Positions 18,112-27,840 of a DNA stretch of 64,000 nt are shown here, piece by piece. The position numbers and the translations under genes are program-made. Source of the stretch: a virus (Duplodnaviria; Heunggongvirae; Uroviricota; Caudoviricetes); IMG/VR virus record IMGVR_UViG_3300022555_000023, positions 8,095 to 72,094 of that record; one strand, 5' to 3'. The notes under the pieces were generated by a model that did no database searches, had not been told where the DNA came from, and was given only the letters and a program-made list of their open reading frames with translations. Within the stretch, counting starts at the first letter, position 1; every line of letters begins with the position of its first letter.

Positions 18112-18963
18112 TCATAGTTCACCACCTTCACCCACGGGATTGTCGATGAAGTCCAGAAACTGTCGGCGTTGGTGGCCAGTCATGCTGCGAACTTGGTCTA
18201 CTGTCCAGCCATAGTATTCAGCCAGGCGTAGCTCGATGCAATCCTCGGGCGGTCGCAGGCCGATCATTACGATGTCCCACACGTTAGTGTTGTTGTTTCC
18301 GTTGCGGCCAACCAGCATGACCGTGCCCAGGGATAAGCTGCGTCGGACCGTGCTGGGCGACTCGCGGCCCGCACGAATGTTCTCCACGATGACTCCAGTA
18401 TCACGCACCTTGATCCGCACGCCAGACGGCTCCATACGGTCGGACATCAGCATCATGGCGTGTGCTTCGCCCAGTGGCCGCAGTTCCTCCAGCAGCACGC
18501 ACGACAGTATCTGGCTATATGAATCCGACCGCCGTCTGGTGAAGCATGACGTCATTTTGCGTCGTTCGACTGTTCTCGTGATTCGGAGTCGCTCCGGACG
18601 CTGCCGAACGTCATTGATCTCGATAACGATGAGGTTTTCTACAGTGCCACGATCACACCGCGGGTTAAATCGTGGGTCAGCAAACGTATTGCGATAACGT
18701 GGGTTTGGGTAGTTCTCATTCACGAGAGCATCACGACCATCGGAGAAACAGATCTCAGTCTCGGTTATGATCACCAAGTTTCGCGGCCCGCCAAAGTTGG
18801 ACCAGGCACATCGTAGCTCGACATCGTAGACTGACGGCACGCGTCCACCGACCAGAAGCGGCCTGATGTACATAACCAGGGCATTGACGTTGTGGCCCAG
18901 GCTGTCGGCGATGACCTTCATCATCACCTTGCCCGCCTTCGTGATCACGAGCATACCCGTCAT
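18112..18963 (-). CDS. Hypothetical protein of 283 aa with internally duplicated halves. The C-terminus ends ...GEGGEL.
   Basis: ORF. Confidence 0.5.
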   Translation of the reverse strand: MTGMLVITKAGKVMMKVIADSLGHNVNALVMYIRPLLVGGRVPSVYDVELRCAWSNFGGPRNLVIITETEICFSDGRDALVNENYPNPRYRNTFADPRFNPRCDRGTVENLIVIEINDVRQRPERLRITRTVERRKMTSCFTRRRSDSYSQILSCVLLEELRPLGEAHAMMLMSDRMEPSGVRIKVRDTGVIVENIRAGRESPSTVRRSLSLGTVMLVGRNGNNNTNVWDIVMIGLRPPEDCIELRLAEYYGWTVDQVRSMTGHQRRQFLDFIDNPVGEGGEL

Positions 18964-19247
18964 AAACTACACCGTAATCTTTCTAGAGTTGGATCGTAGC
19001 GATAGTTGTGCTTGACGCAGATATCCTGACACTGCTCCCAGGTGATGTTGCCCGCCTTGTACTGAGCAATCGCGTCGTTGGCCGCCGCCCGGTCGGCGTT
19101 CAGTTCGGCCCGCAGCTTCACCACCATATCGTGTAGCGGGCCGCGGTGCGGCTGGCACTTGTGCAGGGGCAGGCCCAGTGCCTGGAAGAACCGGCCCAGC
19201 CAGCCGATCTGGTCACCACACTTCTGACAACAGCTACTCGGGTACAT
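18960..19247 (-). CDS. Hypothetical protein of 95 aa
   Basis: ORF with ATGA overlap. Confidence 0.45.
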   Translation of the reverse strand: MYPSSCCQKCGDQIGWLGRFFQALGLPLHKCQPHRGPLHDMVVKLRAELNADRAAANDAIAQYKAGNITWEQCQDICVKHNYRYDPTLERLRCSL

Positions 19248-19518
19248 GATCTTCTCCTGGGCCTATCGCGGCCATCACTCGATGGTAGAGATCTTCAGGG
19301 AACTCGGGAAGCTGTAGTTCGCTTCTCACAATCTTCCCGATATCGGCACGCTCCAGTTCCAAACACGTGCGGATAATATCGTTTTGGGCGACGACGAACT
19401 CATCGTAGGGCTTCGTCGAGTCAAACTCGTTCTGGAACCGAATCAGCGTCTGCTGCGATACGCCCGATAGGTTCTTCCACACCTCACGCATCAACACAAC
19501 TCGATCATTTTCTGTCAT
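19234..19518 (-). CDS. Hypothetical protein of 94 aa
   Basis: ORF. Confidence 0.45.
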   Translation of the reverse strand: MTENDRVVLMREVWKNLSGVSQQTLIRFQNEFDSTKPYDEFVVAQNDIIRTCLELERADIGKIVRSELQLPEFPEDLYHRVMAAIGPGEDHVPE

Positions 19519-19570
19519 GATTTCGCCTTACAAATTAATCGTGGATCTCTTGTTTAGTAACGCCACCCAT

Positions 19571-19798
19571 TTAATTTGCCACCCATCCCAGGTTGTTGTG
19601 CCATACCACGTCGCCGCGCTCCCGCGGCGTCAGTTCACGATAGTAGTCTCGATGCGACCAGTGATAGTTACGATCCTCACCATCGTGGTGAACCCGCGGC
19701 TTCACATGCAGGAGGTTGCCGTCCACGTCACCGACAATGAACTCGCATCCCGCACGCGGGCCTTGTATCTGGATCACTATGTCACCCGCTTCGATCAT
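19571..19798 (-). CDS. Hypothetical protein of 75 aa
   Basis: ORF. Confidence 0.4.
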   Translation of the reverse strand: MIEAGDIVIQIQGPRAGCEFIVGDVDGNLLHVKPRVHHDGEDRNYHWSHRDYYRELTPRERGDVVWHNNLGWVAN

Positions 19799-20756
19799 TA
19801 TTTCGTACCTTCACGCAACGGTCCCACGACTCACCAAACACCCTCTCCCAGTCATTGCTGCTCACATCGAGGTAGCGGGCAACCCAGGATCGCACGTCAA
19901 GCCGGGTTTGCAGGCCCTCGCGGTGCTTGATCAGGGACAGGCCGGCGTCTGGCGTACCGGGCCGCAGGTCGTCGATGCTCAGGCGGGGCACGTCGGGCAG
20001 CAGTGGCCGCACCACGTCGCTGAAGGCCCGATAGTAGTCCGGAATGCCTGTGTCGCTAGGCAGGGCCAAACTGAACGCCAGGGGCGGGTATAGCTGGCCG
20101 TGCATTTCATCCTCCAGCCAGCAATGTACCTCCCGCACCTTGCCGCGAGCAAGCCTTCGCAGGGGCACGACATGCTCCTTCCACGTGAACTCGCCCGTGC
20201 CTTGCCAGATATCGAAGAATCCGCTGTCGTATGATCCCGGCTGGCAGTCCTTCAGGAACTGGAACAGGTCGGCTCGCACCACGCGTCGGTATTCCTTCCG
20301 CAGGGCCATGCGGCACAGATTCGGCCACACCAAGTCGATGATACGCTGGTCGTTCTCCACGACGGTGATGCCCTTGACCCGGCGATTGTAAGTCGCGTAT
20401 GTGGGAGCAACTCCCAAGCCCAGACCGCCGATCAGGGTATTGCCGTGCAGATACTGGACGGCGTCGTCCATCTGCCATAGCTCGCAGGGCACTGTGGACA
20501 TCCACGTGCCGCCCTCGTACTTCAGGGCGTTCGTGATGACGTCACTGGAGAACCGCAGCGAGACTGGTCGCTTTCCCATCAGAATCGCGTTACGCATCGA
20601 CACCAGATCGATGGGTACGCCGGCCTTGATGGTACTGATCACCACCTCGACGTCCTCGATCTTGCCGGGAGGTATCATCGGCATGCGTCGCAGCAGGCGG
20701 CACATGCGAGTGTTCGTATCCTCGGGCGTCTTGTTGCGTACCAGGGTTCGGCTCAT
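19782..20756 (-). CDS. Protein with a putative SAM-dependent methyltransferase or PABS-like fold, 324 aa
   Basis: A glycine-rich loop LIGGLGLGVAP is followed by ITVVENDQRIIDL and by YDSGFFDIW. This loosely resembles the post-I and motif IV regions of PABS and methyltransferase families. Confidence 0.45.
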   Translation of the reverse strand: MSRTLVRNKTPEDTNTRMCRLLRRMPMIPPGKIEDVEVVISTIKAGVPIDLVSMRNAILMGKRPVSLRFSSDVITNALKYEGGTWMSTVPCELWQMDDAVQYLHGNTLIGGLGLGVAPTYATYNRRVKGITVVENDQRIIDLVWPNLCRMALRKEYRRVVRADLFQFLKDCQPGSYDSGFFDIWQGTGEFTWKEHVVPLRRLARGKVREVHCWLEDEMHGQLYPPLAFSLALPSDTGIPDYYRAFSDVVRPLLPDVPRLSIDDLRPGTPDAGLSLIKHREGLQTRLDVRSWVARYLDVSSNDWERVFGESWDRCVKVRNNDRSG

Positions 20757-21016
20757 TGTCCATCACTCCTTTTCGTAAAATCACCGGGAAACACAGCACG
20801 TTCCAAACGATCAATACGTGCAAGTATGTCCGCACTAGCGGTCTCCGTAATAACTGAAATATTCGCTAGTGCGGAATCCAGCAGTTCATCGATGGCTTGT
20901 GATCTGTACATCCGCCTGCCGATCTGACCCTGACGCATAACACGATATGCCTCGATCTTTTGATACCGAGTTTTGCGAATTCGAGCGTCTTTCGATAGTT
21001 TTGGAACGTTCTCCAT
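20753..21016 (-). CDS. Hypothetical protein of 87 aa
   Basis: ORF with ATGA overlap. Confidence 0.45.
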   Translation of the reverse strand: MENVPKLSKDARIRKTRYQKIEAYRVMRQGQIGRRMYRSQAIDELLDSALANISVITETASADILARIDRLERAVFPGDFTKRSDGQ

Positions 21017-21453
21017 TAGTCTCCAAGCTCCTCTTCGATCTGCTGGTCGATACCCGCCAGAAGCGTCGCTACCTGTATCTCGACCGAATGACGCAGGGCA
21101 CGCAGGGCCAGCAGCCGTGTCGAGTACAGAAACTTCGGATCCTGCGTCGTCGTATGATCATCTTGCCCAAAGGCATGGCTGACGCAGCCTGAACAGGCGG
21201 GCTCAACATGCGGCCCGCTGTGGCCACCGATGTAGTTGTTGTAGAGAAAGCCCTTGGTCAGGCCGCTGCCGCTGGGCGGGGCAACGTCGGGCCTCACGTC
21301 CTCGGTAAACCGCATGGCCTTCGCCAGCCTGAGTTCCTGCTGCAGGTCTGCCATTGCCTGCTGTTCCTTCTTCGTCATAGCCATCATACGTCCTTTACTC
21401 GGAAAGTGATCTTCAGTACGCCCGCCATCAACCGCTTTGCCACGGGTTCCCAA
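21016..21453 (-). CDS. Hypothetical protein, probably starting at internal MMAMTKKEQQ
   Basis: ORF. Confidence 0.45.
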   Translation of the reverse strand: MGTRGKAVDGGRTEDHFPSKGRMMAMTKKEQQAMADLQQELRLAKAMRFTEDVRPDVAPPSGSGLTKGFLYNNYIGGHSGPHVEPACSGCVSHAFGQDDHTTTQDPKFLYSTRLLALRALRHSVEIQVATLLAGIDQQIEEELGD

Positions 21454-21747
21454 AGCTGGCCGTCGTAAAAGCGTGTACGGGGCCGCTGGTTACAAGAATA
21501 TTGGTCACGATAGTGATTCTCCTATGCCTTATCCAGACACGGGAGGTTCAATATCATTTGTGAATCAAATAGATCGTCGGCTGCGGCTGAGGTGATTCAG
21601 GCGTGCCACGGTAGTACTTAGCCGTAACCAGAGTGTTCTCGTCCAGGCGACCAAGCTCCAGGATTACCTGAGTCTGATCCAGTTCCTGCCGCGGTATCGC
21701 CTCAAGCCATTGCAGAAGTTGCAGGCCAGTCATGATTTGTCACCTTA

Positions 21748-22098
21748 TCAGATCATCTCCACGATATCGTGGGCCAACTCATCGGGCCAACGGTCACCAC
21801 GACGTTGATCTTCAGCCAATTCAGTACCAAGCCATCGAATCTTCAGATCGGCGGCTGTCGGCCACACACGCTTGTACTTTACGGCGTTATGCATAACGTC
21901 GTCGGTGACACTCGTGTCGTATTCATCGACAACCGCGTTTGGAACGAAAACAACGGCGTCACGACCACGATGGCCGTACCACGGCTGATCTAGTCCGACG
22001 CTAAGGCGTCCTTTGGCGTTAGCTATCGCGTCCGATTTGCTCGTATGAATCGAACACATATAGCCATCTTTCAAGTTCTTAACAGCGTAAAGCAACAT
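21748..22098 (-). CDS. Hypothetical protein of 116 aa
   Basis: ORF. Confidence 0.45.
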   Translation of the reverse strand: MLLYAVKNLKDGYMCSIHTSKSDAIANAKGRLSVGLDQPWYGHRGRDAVVFVPNAVVDEYDTSVTDDVMHNAVKYKRVWPTAADLKIRWLGTELAEDQRRGDRWPDELAHDIVEMI

Positions 22099-22143
22099 GA
22101 TTCATACCTCCTATCACACTGGACACGGCCCGCCAATATGATA

Positions 22144-22455
22144 TTAGTTCATTTCGGGGCCGAAATGCGGAGAATTCGGATCGCCGACCGCCTGGTTCAG
22201 GCTTTCCGCCGGCGGATCCGCGATCACCTCGATGCCGGGCGGCGGTTCGGTCCACTGATCGCCCAGTTGCGATTTCCAGAACTCGATCATGCCGGGCAGG
22301 CAGTGTGCCGCGGCGTCAGCCCAGGTCGGCCAACGGCCACGCAGTTCGCGGAACCGCATTTGATAGTAGATGCTGCTCGCGTTATGAGGGAAATGCGGCT
22401 CATGTTTGTGGCCGCAGACCGGGCACATATCCTTGGACGGAGGGAGTAGAAGCAT
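22144..22455 (-). CDS. Hypothetical protein of 103 aa with Cys and His residues (CPVCGHKHEPH)
   Basis: ORF. Confidence 0.45.
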   Translation of the reverse strand: MLLLPPSKDMCPVCGHKHEPHFPHNASSIYYQMRFRELRGRWPTWADAAAHCLPGMIEFWKSQLGDQWTEPPPGIEVIADPPAESLNQAVGDPNSPHFGPEMN

Positions 22456-23078
22456 TACGGTGCGAACTCCAGAGTTTCCATGTGCCTTCGACTCCTAAGT
22501 ATATCTTCGTGCGACACGCGAGGTGGTCTGAACTCGTTGCGCACCACGCGACCGTTCATGAGTTCGTTGTAATCAAAACGAACTTCAGTGGCCTGTCTAA
22601 ATGAGACGTCCTCACAGGCGAAGTCACACAGAGCGTTCTTAAATATGATAGCTATTCGTGGAATAAGAAGTTCGCCGCGAATGAACCTGCGTCCTCGATC
22701 ACGCAGACGATACCAGCCCTTCTTCAATACGCGTTCCTCGCGCCCGGCCACAATGATCAACTCAAATCGCTGCTCGACTACACCCCAGTGTCGCATATAC
22801 GATGAATCGCCCCATGATCCACTCGTGGTGTTATCGTGACCCTCAACTAGCCTGACAATCTCAATCCACTCCTCGCCGGTATTGTCGGTATATTCCTGCA
22901 TCCACTTCAGTATGCAGCAGTATTCACTAACGAATGGCCGTGGATAGAGACAGCACAGCCCTCCGCACACCTCACAGTGAAACTTCTCGCAGTCCCATAG
23001 ACGTCTCTCGTAATCTTCCTGCGTCTGGCGTATAACCGTCTCACGAGTAATAGTTTGCATCCGGCGTCGTTCGGGCAT
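22455..23078 (-). CDS. Hypothetical Cys-rich protein of 207 aa starting MPERRRMQT (N-terminal tag)
   Basis: ORF. GGAGAAACGCG precedes the ATG as a ribosome-binding site. Confidence 0.55.
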   Translation of the reverse strand: MPERRRMQTITRETVIRQTQEDYERRLWDCEKFHCEVCGGLCCLYPRPFVSEYCCILKWMQEYTDNTGEEWIEIVRLVEGHDNTTSGSWGDSSYMRHWGVVEQRFELIIVAGREERVLKKGWYRLRDRGRRFIRGELLIPRIAIIFKNALCDFACEDVSFRQATEVRFDYNELMNGRVVRNEFRPPRVSHEDILRSRRHMETLEFAP

Positions 23079-23235
23079 CGCGTTTCTCCTTCTCGTAAGC
23101 TAAGGCCAACGTCAGATTTACCGTTAGCACCGAGGATAAATGCTGCTGTTCAGGCGGCGTATTGATGTACCGCTGCACGGCTTCGCGGGCCGCTGGCGAT
23201 AGACTTTCAAGATAGCGGTCGATGTCGAACATCAT
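23041..23235 (-). CDS. Hypothetical protein of 64 aa
   Basis: ORF. Confidence 0.35.
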   Translation of the reverse strand: MMFDIDRYLESLSPAAREAVQRYINTPPEQQHLSSVLTVNLTLALAYEKEKRDARTTPDANYYS

Positions 23236-23420
23236 CCTATCCAGACATGCGGGTAGTCGCTCATGTGGCCCTCGTAAATCAACCAGAACACTTCGTCTCC
23301 GCCGATGGTCTCACCGCTTTCGGATGCATAATCATCGATCATGTTTCTGATCTCGGTTGGGCCGACGTTCTGGCCTGCGGTCAGGCGTTGCTGTAAGTAG
23401 TCTAGTAGGCTCATGATCAA
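23232..23420 (-). CDS. Hypothetical protein of 62 aa
   Basis: ORF with ATGA overlaps. Confidence 0.4.
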   Translation of the reverse strand: MIMSLLDYLQQRLTAGQNVGPTEIRNMIDDYASESGETIGGDEVFWLIYEGHMSDYPHVWIG

Positions 23421-23794
23421 AGCTCCCAGCCAGGCCGCGATGATGGCGGCGGTGCAGGTGGTTCGGGCGGCGGTGTCTGCATGCGGCGGCGTACTATGAC
23501 TGGCCTCGTCAGTTCCCGTACCAGGGCGATCATAGCGTTTGTGGCAGTCTCAACGTCGGGCATGCGGCGACTCATGAAGGCCGCCTGCCTGTCTTCCAGT
23601 ATCTGCTTAATGCGGTTCTTGACGTCTTCGTCGGACATAACCTCGCGGCCACGCACGAAGTCCTCGGAGAACCGCATGATCTGGCCACGATACTCTGACT
23701 TACGATAGGCATCGTTGGCCGCGACGAGGCGGGTTAGTAGATTATGCAGAAAGTCGGTGTCGCCTTGGTTCATGCCTAACCAGACACGGCTCAC
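23417..23794 (-). CDS. Hypothetical protein of 125 aa
   Basis: ORF with ATGA overlaps. Confidence 0.45.
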   Translation of the reverse strand: MSRVWLGMNQGDTDFLHNLLTRLVAANDAYRKSEYRGQIMRFSEDFVRGREVMSDEDVKNRIKQILEDRQAAFMSRRMPDVETATNAMIALVRELTRPVIVRRRMQTPPPEPPAPPPSSRPGWEL

Positions 23795-24003
23795 CGAGAT
23801 GATTCAGGCACTGTCCCGCCCTGGGGTTTGGCTCGCTCTAGATTAGCCTCGCGTGCGCTCAGGTTGATGGGCTTCGACCGGCAGCCATGACACAGCGTGT
23901 GGTACTTTTCCTTCGGCTGGAACGTCTGATAACACCGCATACACGGTCGCTTCGGGGGCAGGTCTTCTGCGTCATCTTCTTCGATTAGAACGTCCGTGCT
24001 CAT
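23791..24003 (-). CDS. Small zinc-ribbon protein of 70 aa (CMRC...CHGC)
   Basis: Two CxxC pairs. Confidence 0.45.
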   Translation of the reverse strand: MSTDVLIEEDDAEDLPPKRPCMRCYQTFQPKEKYHTLCHGCRSKPINLSAREANLERAKPQGGTVPESSR

Positions 24004-24256
24004 GCTGCTTCCTTATTTCTACAAGTCGGCGGGCCGTCACCTCGATGGCCCCGGCTCGCACAGCTACTGCCCGCCGTGCTCGGGTTAGGTCGTAATGATC
24101 GCCGTGCCGCCATCCCCTTCGCAAGCCGATACTGCGGGCGAACGCTTCGAGTTCCGCGTCGCTGTCGGCCATAAGATGACAGGCTTCAGCATAGGGCCAG
24201 TTGCGGATAAACGCCATAGACGTATCACGTAGATCATCCACGTAGACCGACATCAC
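23972..24256 (-). CDS. DUF4031 family protein of 94 aa
   Basis: MSVYVDD...CHLMADSDAELEAFARSIGLRRGW..GDHYDL matches the DUF4031 consensus. Confidence 0.55.
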   Translation of the reverse strand: MMSVYVDDLRDTSMAFIRNWPYAEACHLMADSDAELEAFARSIGLRRGWRHGDHYDLTRARRAVAVRAGAIEVTARRLVEIRKQHEHGRSNRRR

Positions 24257-24560
24257 TACTCTGCTGCCTCTCCATCCTGGCCATCATTTCGTTGTAGCTC
24301 GTCACGTCACGCGGCAGGATGGGTCGAGGCTGCCTCCCAGTGTAGTGCGTAAATAACTTGGCGTGTTCCTCGCAGTAGAACGTCGTCCAGCCCATCACAT
24401 AGTCCATAACCGACTTGCCGCCCAGGCCACTGAAGAACACCGGCGTCTGAATTTCCTCAAAGGCCAGGGTGGGTTTGGTCCTGCACTCCTCGCCTGGCTT
24501 ACCGAGAAACTTACCATAGAAGTTATGGTTGTGCTGACAAACGTGAATATCTGTGCTCAT
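24234..24560 (-). CDS. Hypothetical protein of 108 aa
   Basis: ORF. Confidence 0.45.
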   Translation of the reverse strand: MSTDIHVCQHNHNFYGKFLGKPGEECRTKPTLAFEEIQTPVFFSGLGGKSVMDYVMGWTTFYCEEHAKLFTHYTGRQPRPILPRDVTSYNEMMARMERQQSSDVGLRG

Positions 24561-25087
24561 GACTTCGGCTTTTGCTTCAGTTCGTCGATGTATCGGCCCA
24601 GACGTTCAGACACGTGCAGCAAGTCCTCGTTCTCATATACGGCGTTGCAATCCTCCTCGGTTTCGCACGGCAGCACGGCGCAGCACAACAGTTCGTACCG
24701 CAGCCGGCGGTTGATGATGTGCATCTCCGATAGCTGGCACTCCAAGGAGTGTTGGTCCCGTCCATCGGAATCGATGCGGCTGCCACACACCCATGCGTAT
24801 GGCATGCCGCTGATTCTCCTGGTCGGCTGGGCACCACACTTCTGACAGTGATCCTTTGGAAACTTACTGTCGGGGCAGTAGTTCTGTAGATCGGTGTTCA
24901 TGATCGCGGACTCATTAGAACGAGGCAAACCAGAGCGGCTACAGTCAGCACCACCATCACGATAAACGTCCAGCAGCCCATCGCGTTGCAGCGGCACGGC
25001 CAGTAGCCGCACTCCTGGCACTTCATAGTTCGGTCGTTCATTGTCGCGGGGCTGGCTTGTCGGCGGGGCCATGATGACCCTCGGCAA
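24557..25087 (-). CDS. Hypothetical Cys-rich protein of 176 aa
   Basis: ORF with ATGA overlap. Confidence 0.45.
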   Translation of the reverse strand: MPRVIMAPPTSQPRDNERPNYEVPGVRLLAVPLQRDGLLDVYRDGGADCSRSGLPRSNESAIMNTDLQNYCPDSKFPKDHCQKCGAQPTRRISGMPYAWVCGSRIDSDGRDQHSLECQLSEMHIINRRLRYELLCCAVLPCETEEDCNAVYENEDLLHVSERLGRYIDELKQKPKS

Positions 25088-25328
25088 CGGGGCCTTCGAC
25101 GTAGTCGGGCTGCGTCATGACCGGCTTCTCGCTGATCACGTTCAGGCGGCACACATCCATCCAGTACTGGTCGAGGCGTTTGCCGTCTTTGTCGAAGCCG
25201 AGGTCCAGGGTCGCCTGGATGCAACCGTACAGGTCGAACGAGATCGACGAGCAGACGCCCTCCAGTCCGGTGACCTTGTCTTTGACCTTGTGGCCCAGCA
25301 GGGCCAGATGCTGTTGTACGTTCGTCAC
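25038..25328 (-). CDS. Hypothetical protein of 96 aa
   Basis: Preferred over the overlapping Arg-rich ORF 24898..25419. Confidence 0.4.
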   Translation of the reverse strand: MTNVQQHLALLGHKVKDKVTGLEGVCSSISFDLYGCIQATLDLGFDKDGKRLDQYWMDVCRLNVISEKPVMTQPDYVEGPVAEGHHGPADKPAPRQ

Positions 25329-25844
25329 TTATGATTCTCCTTGGGTTTGTATTTTGCGTCGTTCGATCACCTTCTCCTCGGCGGCGATGCGGCGTGCCAG
25401 GCTGGCAACAAATCTCCACGTCGGGGCCGAGGAATCGAACCAGGGCGCACTTACGGTTACCTTACCAAACACCGTAGCACCAGGGGCTCCCCACCATCTC
25501 TGGCCACGAGTTGTGATCGGCATGATCTCGATGAGCCCAGCCCACTGTGGGATATCATCGTGCGTCAGCAGGCCACCAGGCGTTGCGTAGTAAAACTCGT
25601 TGCACAGCATCCTGGCCCGGCGTTGCTTCATGCGATTCTTAACGTCGCTGCGAAAATCGGGGCGTGATACTTTGATCTCGATGGATACCCGCCGGCAGCG
25701 ACGGTCGGATTCTATTCCCCATAAGTCCATCGTGCGCTCGCCGTCGTCGCCGAAGCCTGACCCGACACGCATCTGCCGCATCCAGATCATTTTTCCCCAG
25801 GCCCGCATGTTCCGCACGGCGTGTTCGACTTCATCGGCAGTCAC
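25329..25844 (-). CDS. MmcB-like PD-(D/E)xK nuclease of 171 aa ending in the C-terminal tag variant RRKIQTQGES
   Basis: DLWGIE...VSIEIKVSRPDF carries the D...ExK signature of the MmcB family. Confidence 0.55.
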   Translation of the reverse strand: MTADEVEHAVRNMRAWGKMIWMRQMRVGSGFGDDGERTMDLWGIESDRRCRRVSIEIKVSRPDFRSDVKNRMKQRRARMLCNEFYYATPGGLLTHDDIPQWAGLIEIMPITTRGQRWWGAPGATVFGKVTVSAPWFDSSAPTWRFVASLARRIAAEEKVIERRKIQTQGES

Positions 25845-26028
25845 GCAGTATCTCCAGCATGGTGTCGGTGATCTCGACGTTGGTGGCCAGCAGCCTGCCG
25901 TTATGCAGTACGCGACCGTCCGCTTTGAACCGCAATTGGTTATCAGGGCCGGCAGCCAAGACGATCTCGTTAGATTCGGTGGCCTTAGCGTGGCGACCGA
26001 TCACTATCGTATCGTGTACGTCGATCAT
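25831..26028 (-). CDS. Hypothetical protein of 65 aa
   Basis: ORF. Confidence 0.35.
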   Translation of the reverse strand: MIDVHDTIVIGRHAKATESNEIVLAAGPDNQLRFKADGRVLHNGRLLATNVEITDTMLEILRDCR

Positions 26029-26234
26029 CTCGACCTCACGGGCTTCAGCACGGGGCGACCGTTCTCGATCACAGACTGCACCATATCATCGGAGAAGTCC
26101 GGGGCGTCGATGGCCTCGGTTAGAATGACTCCCGTGACGGTGGCTCCATCACGAACGGATCCGTCTGGAACCACCATCGTCAGCGGCGGGCCATTATTGA
26201 ACTCAAGCGTCAGCATGCGTACCTTCATTTGCAA
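26025..26234 (-). CDS. Hypothetical protein of 69 aa
   Basis: ORF with ATGA overlap. Confidence 0.4.
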   Translation of the reverse strand: MQMKVRMLTLEFNNGPPLTMVVPDGSVRDGATVTGVILTEAIDAPDFSDDMVQSVIENGRPVLKPVRSR

Positions 26235-26650
26235 TGAATCCTTACCTTACGTGATGCGTCCTCAAACTTCCGCAGGCCGCTCAGGAACTTCGCGGTATCC
26301 CGCTGACTGCGGGCCGCCTTGACTGTAATGGCGTTGATTTCAGCACGCACGACGCCCTCCGCCCGCCTCTCGATCTTCAGCAGAGCCTTGGCCATCATCC
26401 AGCAGTGCCAATGCGCTTCTTCAAGCGTGAACTCGAACCCGCGACCGAAGTCGAAGTACTGATTGCCAACCACAAGCCATGTGCGGCACTCCTTGCGGCC
26501 CGTGACGCGAATCCAGCGATCAGCACAGTCCCGTTCTTGCACGGTAGCCTTTGGCGGAAGTACCGGCTTGTAATGTCGCGTCGTGATCATAGTTGATGCC
26601 TCCAGTGCGTCGGTTGATAGTAAACGTACATGCCACCATCCATGAACCAC
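26225..26650 (-). CDS. Hypothetical protein of 141 aa
   Basis: ORF. Confidence 0.45.
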   Translation of the reverse strand: MVHGWWHVRLLSTDALEASTMITTRHYKPVLPPKATVQERDCADRWIRVTGRKECRTWLVVGNQYFDFGRGFEFTLEEAHWHCWMMAKALLKIERRAEGVVRAEINAITVKAARSQRDTAKFLSGLRKFEDASRKVRIHCK

Positions 26651-26832
26651 AGTCGCCCGTTCGAGCCACCACGCCGCATCCGCTGGATGTTCCGTTCGCC
26701 CTCGTGGTCGCTGATTTTGGTCTCGACGGCTACATCCATCGGCGGCGAAGTGTCCGTGATCGGCTGCCAGGTTTGTATGTAGCGTCGGGTCATCGCTTCA
26801 TCACCTTCGTTAGTGTTCGGATCGCGTAGCAA
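26587..26832 (-). CDS. Hypothetical protein of 81 aa
   Basis: ORF. Confidence 0.35.
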   Translation of the reverse strand: MLRDPNTNEGDEAMTRRYIQTWQPITDTSPPMDVAVETKISDHEGERNIQRMRRGGSNGRLWFMDGGMYVYYQPTHWRHQL

Positions 26833-27221
26833 ACATGGCTGCCGCAGGCACAGTTCTCACCATGCAGCAGCACCGGAGCAGGCAGGTCGCGTCTCAAGGC
26901 GGCAATAGATTCATCGATAGCCGCAGCAAGCTCACCCTGACGGTTGCTGACGGCCAGGGCGGGCCGCAGTAGGGCATCGAGTTTTGGCAAAGGAAAGAAC
27001 TTGTGTGCCTTACCTCCCTTGCCTACGTTCATCATGGCCATCACTGCCTCGCCGGGATTATTCTTGTCCGGCGGCATCCGAGACCACAGGCCCTGCTTGC
27101 CGTCGATCATGAACACCTGTCGCCCGCAATGAATGATGCGTGCCGAGACTGTGTTGGGGTAGTTTTCGATATGGGCCATTTCTCGCACGTCGATTTCTTT
27201 TTGACAGTGAGGACACTTCAT
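26790..27221 (-). CDS. Zinc-finger protein of 143 aa (CPHCQ...CACGSHVC)
   Basis: ORF with Cys pairs. Confidence 0.45.
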   Translation of the reverse strand: MKCPHCQKEIDVREMAHIENYPNTVSARIIHCGRQVFMIDGKQGLWSRMPPDKNNPGEAVMAMMNVGKGGKAHKFFPLPKLDALLRPALAVSNRQGELAAAIDESIAALRRDLPAPVLLHGENCACGSHVCYAIRTLTKVMKR

Positions 27222-27625
27222 TTACACGTTCCCATGTTCTGGCCGCACCGCGGGCATACGCCTTCGATGGTCTTGCCGCACACGCATACGAGGTCGGGCT
27301 GATCCTTCATGACGTTAGTCCCTCGTGCCATATTTGCAACCGCTAGGTCTACGGGCGGCTTCGACATCTCCTCCACCCAGGCAATCCATCTATCCCATCG
27401 AGCCACCGTCGCCATCTGCTTCTCGTACCGGCGGGCACGTTCGCCGTCGCTCAGGCAGCTATGCGGCTTCGCAAACTTGTCGGCCCACTGCTGGCTCTTC
27501 GCCCGCTGGGCCTTCAGGTAGATCAGCAGGCCGATAGCCGGGGCCTTCTCCGCATCAGTCTGCTTGAATCCGCAGGCCGGGCAATAGGGCGTCGTGACTT
27601 CGGTTCCGCAGCGGCAAGTGCTCAT
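27218..27625 (-). CDS. Zinc-ribbon protein of about 135 aa (MSTCRCG...CPACG...CVCG..CPRCG)
   Basis: The start is moved to ATG 27623-27625, which forms an ATGA overlap with the upstream gene. Confidence 0.45.
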   Translation of the reverse strand: MSTCRCGTEVTTPYCPACGFKQTDAEKAPAIGLLIYLKAQRAKSQQWADKFAKPHSCLSDGERARRYEKQMATVARWDRWIAWVEEMSKPPVDLAVANMARGTNVMKDQPDLVCVCGKTIEGVCPRCGQNMGTCK

Positions 27626-27840
27626 GTGGGCTCCTCCATCGCCTTGCGGTTGCTGTGCTGGTACTGAGCGAATGTATCGGCCAGCCAGTATGAGCGACTC
27701 GCCAAGCAGTCCACGCACACCAGGGTGATGCTGGCGTTCCCCGGCATGTTGGCCCGCGGATGCGGGATCTCGCCGTAGGTCGCCAGTCGCCACGTGCGAT
27801 GGCCGCAGAACAGCCTCTTCAAGAAGTGGATGATTCTCAT
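27622..27840 (-). CDS. Hypothetical protein of 72 aa
   Basis: ATGA overlaps on both sides. Confidence 0.4.
   Translation of the reverse strand: MRIIHFLKRLFCGHRTWRLATYGEIPHPRANMPGNASITLVCVDCLASRSYWLADTFAQYQHSNRKAMEEPT

Noticed and set aside
24898-25419. A 173-aa Arg-rich ORF overlapping 25038-25328 and 25329-25844
   Set aside because: Its composition is typical of an out-of-frame GC-rich ORF. The alternative frame gives a more protein-like product that fits the operon spacing.
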